Shown piece by piece: positions 34,999-37,550 of a DNA stretch of 37,550 nt (position 1 is its first letter; each line of letters begins with the position of its first letter). A program made the translations under genes and the position numbers. The stretch lies in IMG/VR virus record IMGVR_UViG_3300036796_000278, positions 1 to 37,550 of that record, one strand, 5' to 3'. A model generated the notes under the pieces. That model ran no database searches. It saw only the letters and a list, made by a program, of their open reading frames with translations, and had not been told where the DNA came from. Source of the DNA: a virus (lineage: Duplodnaviria > Caudoviricetes).

Positions 34999-35741
34999 AT
35001 ACAGTAACCATCAACAACAAACAGCTTCCTGCCGTCGAATATCGCGGACAGCGCATTGTTACTCTGGCGATGATCGATGAAGTGCATGACCGCCCTGAAG
35101 GTACTGCCAGCGCAGCATTCCTTCGCAATAAAGACCGCTTCGTTGAAGGTGTTGATACGTATCTTATTGAATATTCAGAAAACAACGTATTACGTTCTTT
35201 CAATGTCGATGTGCCATTTCGCGGTCTGCGTGTATTTACGGAAACCGGGTACCTGATGCTCACCAAGCCTTTCAACGACGATCTGGCCTGGCAAGTTCAG
35301 CGCGAACTGGTCAATGGCTACTTCCGTGCTCAGCGGCAACAGCCTCTTACCGAAATCGAAATGATCGCCGCGATGGCCGCCGACGCTGTTCGCCAGCAAA
35401 AGCGCCTGAGCCACGTCGAAGAGAAGATCGAAACAGTATCCGAAGCCGTGGAAAATATTAAGCGCGGTAGCATGCGGGCCGGATATGTTGGTTATCGCCA
35501 GGTAGTCGCCAAAAGCGGCATGACCGATGCGAAATGCCGCAACCTGGTAAACGCCTACCAAATACCGACAGATACGCATGAATTCATGACACCTGACGGC
35601 TTGTTGTCGCGCCGGGCAATCGTGGAACTTGAGCCATTCATGCAAGCATTCCACCAGATGATGTCCGAAGCAGAACCTCGTGGCACACGCTGGTACCACC
35701 CGAAAATGGGACTGTTCCAGGCAATCGGGTGGGAGGTCTAA
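34995..35741 (+). CDS. ORF6N-domain antirepressor-like DNA-binding protein
   Basis: EYRGQRIVTLAMIDEVH...FTETGYLMLTKPFNDDLAWQVQRELVNGYF. Confidence 0.85.
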   Translation: MNTVTINNKQLPAVEYRGQRIVTLAMIDEVHDRPEGTASAAFLRNKDRFVEGVDTYLIEYSENNVLRSFNVDVPFRGLRVFTETGYLMLTKPFNDDLAWQVQRELVNGYFRAQRQQPLTEIEMIAAMAADAVRQQKRLSHVEEKIETVSEAVENIKRGSMRAGYVGYRQVVAKSGMTDAKCRNLVNAYQIPTDTHEFMTPDGLLSRRAIVELEPFMQAFHQMMSEAEPRGTRWYHPKMGLFQAIGWEV

Positions 35742-35743
35742 CA

Positions 35744-36082
35744 ATGCCGCTCATTACACAAAATTTCCGTCTTAATTCACTGGCTAATCAGTATGCCGCA
35801 GTGCTGTACAGCCATATTTCGGCCACCAATGGCGATCACTTCATGATTAATGCCGGTGGTCAGTCAATACGGGTAAATATCATCGGCGGAGTTCAGGGCG
35901 TCAGAGACTTAATCGACGGTTATGCACTTGAGGCCCTGAAAGAATCTTACCCGCAGTGGGAAGCTGTTGGCATCCAACTTCTCAGCAAATGCGTTAGTGG
36001 GAATGAACTGACGAAAAGCGGTCGTGAAATCTGGCAAAGCATGATTAACGACATGAGCGAAACGGTGGCAGGTGCGAAATGA
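35744..36082 (+). CDS. hypothetical protein
   Basis: ATG at 35744 with GGAGG RBS. Confidence 0.65.
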   Translation: MPLITQNFRLNSLANQYAAVLYSHISATNGDHFMINAGGQSIRVNIIGGVQGVRDLIDGYALEALKESYPQWEAVGIQLLSKCVSGNELTKSGREIWQSMINDMSETVAGAK

Positions 36083-36204
36083 AAAAAGTATGTGAATTAG
36101 TGATGTTCACCCTCTTCTTCTCCAGCCTTTCGGGGCTGGGGTTAACGACAGGTTTCTTCTGCTTTATCGGTGTGGCGCGTCTGCTGGGGAGGGTTCTGGC
36201 ATGA
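36079..36204 (+). CDS. small hydrophobic membrane peptide (41 aa, not in ORF track)
   Basis: MKKVCELVMFTLFFSSLSGLGLTTGFFCFIGVARLLGRVLA; ATGA overlaps at both ends. Confidence 0.6.
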   Translation: MKKVCELVMFTLFFSSLSGLGLTTGFFCFIGVARLLGRVLA

Positions 36205-36425
36205 AAATCGATTATCAGGACTTCGGCGCAGTGGCGAACGTCACGATCACCAGCACTGTATTTGAGTTTCGTAAGCATAACCGGGTGGCTGATACCACCC
36301 TCTTCCTGGTGCCGGACGTCGTTAGTGAACATCGCGGTTTCTTCATCATGAAAACCGTTATTTCCGGTAAAGCAAGGCATGCATTGCGGGCCTACAGGGT
36401 AGCAGTACGGGAGGCAGGACGATGA
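36201..36425 (+). CDS. hypothetical protein
   Basis: 74 aa, GGAGG RBS. Confidence 0.7.
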   Translation: MKIDYQDFGAVANVTITSTVFEFRKHNRVADTTLFLVPDVVSEHRGFFIMKTVISGKARHALRAYRVAVREAGR

Positions 36426-36982
36426 CAGATACAAATATTTTCGCGCTGGCGCAGGTTATCAAAGCCGCTGGCAATGATCCGTCCGCTGTGGTTGATGCTG
36501 TCTGGGCAGCCGGTTACCGTCAGCCAGAACGCAGCGCTGAAGAAGCTGCAAAAATCACCATCGACACTTTTTACTATTGCGAATCATTCGGGATGCCTAC
36601 GGACTTCTGGCCGAAAACATACGATGACGTTTTAAAGAACGAGATGATGAAAGCTGTACTGGATGAAGATGCAGATCATCTATTCGATGTTGAACCGACA
36701 AAAGCGGCAAAAAGCATTTTGGCAGCAGGATTTAGCCTGGAGCATCGAACCATTGAAAATGCAGGAGAACCGGAAAAGTGCAGGAGCAGTGAAAAGCTGC
36801 AGGTTAACGATGTCACCACTGGCAAAGCATTGACCATCACACTACCAGATACCAGCTCAAAAGCGTTTTGGAGCGACGCAGGTAAGTGTGAGGTTTTTCA
36901 CCCTGAAACCTACAGACGCTGGGCAAAAGAAGCGATTGAAAGGGATTGTGTTATCGGTGGGATCGTCGTGGAGGTCAGATGA
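36422..36982 (+). CDS. hypothetical protein
   Basis: 186 aa, ATGA overlap. Confidence 0.7.
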   Translation: MTDTNIFALAQVIKAAGNDPSAVVDAVWAAGYRQPERSAEEAAKITIDTFYYCESFGMPTDFWPKTYDDVLKNEMMKAVLDEDADHLFDVEPTKAAKSILAAGFSLEHRTIENAGEPEKCRSSEKLQVNDVTTGKALTITLPDTSSKAFWSDAGKCEVFHPETYRRWAKEAIERDCVIGGIVVEVR

Positions 36983-37290
36983 TGGGCGTTTACAGCTACT
37001 GTCATAAATGGCAGGAAATCCCTCAAAGGGAACCAGATCCGAAGACAGTGTGTGCATTCTGCAAGGACTCGTTCACGACGGAACACCTGATATCCGGGCC
37101 TAATGGGCTAAACATCTGTCTCGATTGCGTCAGTCTTTGTTCTGAAATCAAAGCTGAGCGAGAGGCCAGGCTCCGTGAGGATGCGGTGAAAGAGATGTTA
37201 GCTATAGAGCAGTCAATGGAAGATGCCTATCAACCATCTTCACTGATGTACCAGTTGTATGACGCAGGTTACAGAAAGGTGGTGGATTGA
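36979..37290 (+). CDS. ClpX-type C4 zinc-finger protein
   Basis: CAFC...LISGPNGLNICLDCVSLC matches the ClpX N-terminal zinc-binding pattern; GGAGG RBS. Confidence 0.75.
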   Translation: MMGVYSYCHKWQEIPQREPDPKTVCAFCKDSFTTEHLISGPNGLNICLDCVSLCSEIKAEREARLREDAVKEMLAIEQSMEDAYQPSSLMYQLYDAGYRKVVD

Positions 37291-37550
37291 TGCCAACGAT
37301 GAAACGTGTATCGAAAGACCGCCTGGTTGATATCAACGACGAGCTGGTAAAGGCCAGCGTCCATATTGATGACGGCTGCGACCATACTAAACGCCTAGTC
37401 TGGTTGATGAACGCAAGGCGGGATATGCGGAACGGTGTCAGCGTACCGATGCCACCAGCGCCGAAGGTGGCCGGAGTGAAGATCGAACCGAAGAAGAAGC
37501 CCAGGAGGCGGGGTTACCGAGTGGTACAGAAAGCGATTGGCGCGGTGTGA
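37287..37550 (+). CDS. hypothetical protein
   Basis: 87-aa basic ORF at the window end. Confidence 0.6.
   Translation: MMPTMKRVSKDRLVDINDELVKASVHIDDGCDHTKRLVWLMNARRDMRNGVSVPMPPAPKVAGVKIEPKKKPRRRGYRVVQKAIGAV

Larger units (their letters stand above)
1..37550. mobile_element. temperate phage / prophage: lambdoid control region with podovirus-type virion genes
   Basis: cI/cro, Q, lysis, portal, capsid, terminase and tailspike all present; no host housekeeping genes; integrase and att ends not seen. Confidence 0.93.

Overview
The window is most of a temperate enterobacterial (pro)phage genome; no integrase is visible. The right part (about 22.4-37.5 kb) is lambdoid-like: a cI/cro switch with six 15-bp operator-like boxes, a pL operon of small accessory genes, an SF2 helicase plus Toprim primase, a Q antiterminator with pR'/tR', an AT-rich moron, a tRNA-Ile(CAU) and a degenerate tRNA-Arg, a holin/SAR-endolysin/spanin cassette and a 351-aa TerS-like HTH/Zn protein. 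The left part (about 2.5-22.1 kb, minus strand) is a T7/BPP-1-like podovirus morphogenesis module (portal, scaffold, capsid, tail tubes, internal proteins, terminase, tailspike) with a second complete lysis cassette. The left end carries dinI-like and HipA-like kinase/partner morons. Main signals: (1) five copies of the 16-bp dyad GGTCGGGATTCCGACC, each exactly 12 nt upstream of an nAnnnT -10-like hexamer at the head of a late gene block, suggesting an activator-dependent late regulon; (2) a near-perfect XerC/XerD dif-like site at the junction of the two modules; (3) two full lysis cassettes under apparently different control; (4) a HipA-like kinase two-gene candidate defence system; (5) several structured RNA candidates. 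All calls come from reading the sequence and recalled motifs; no searches were run.
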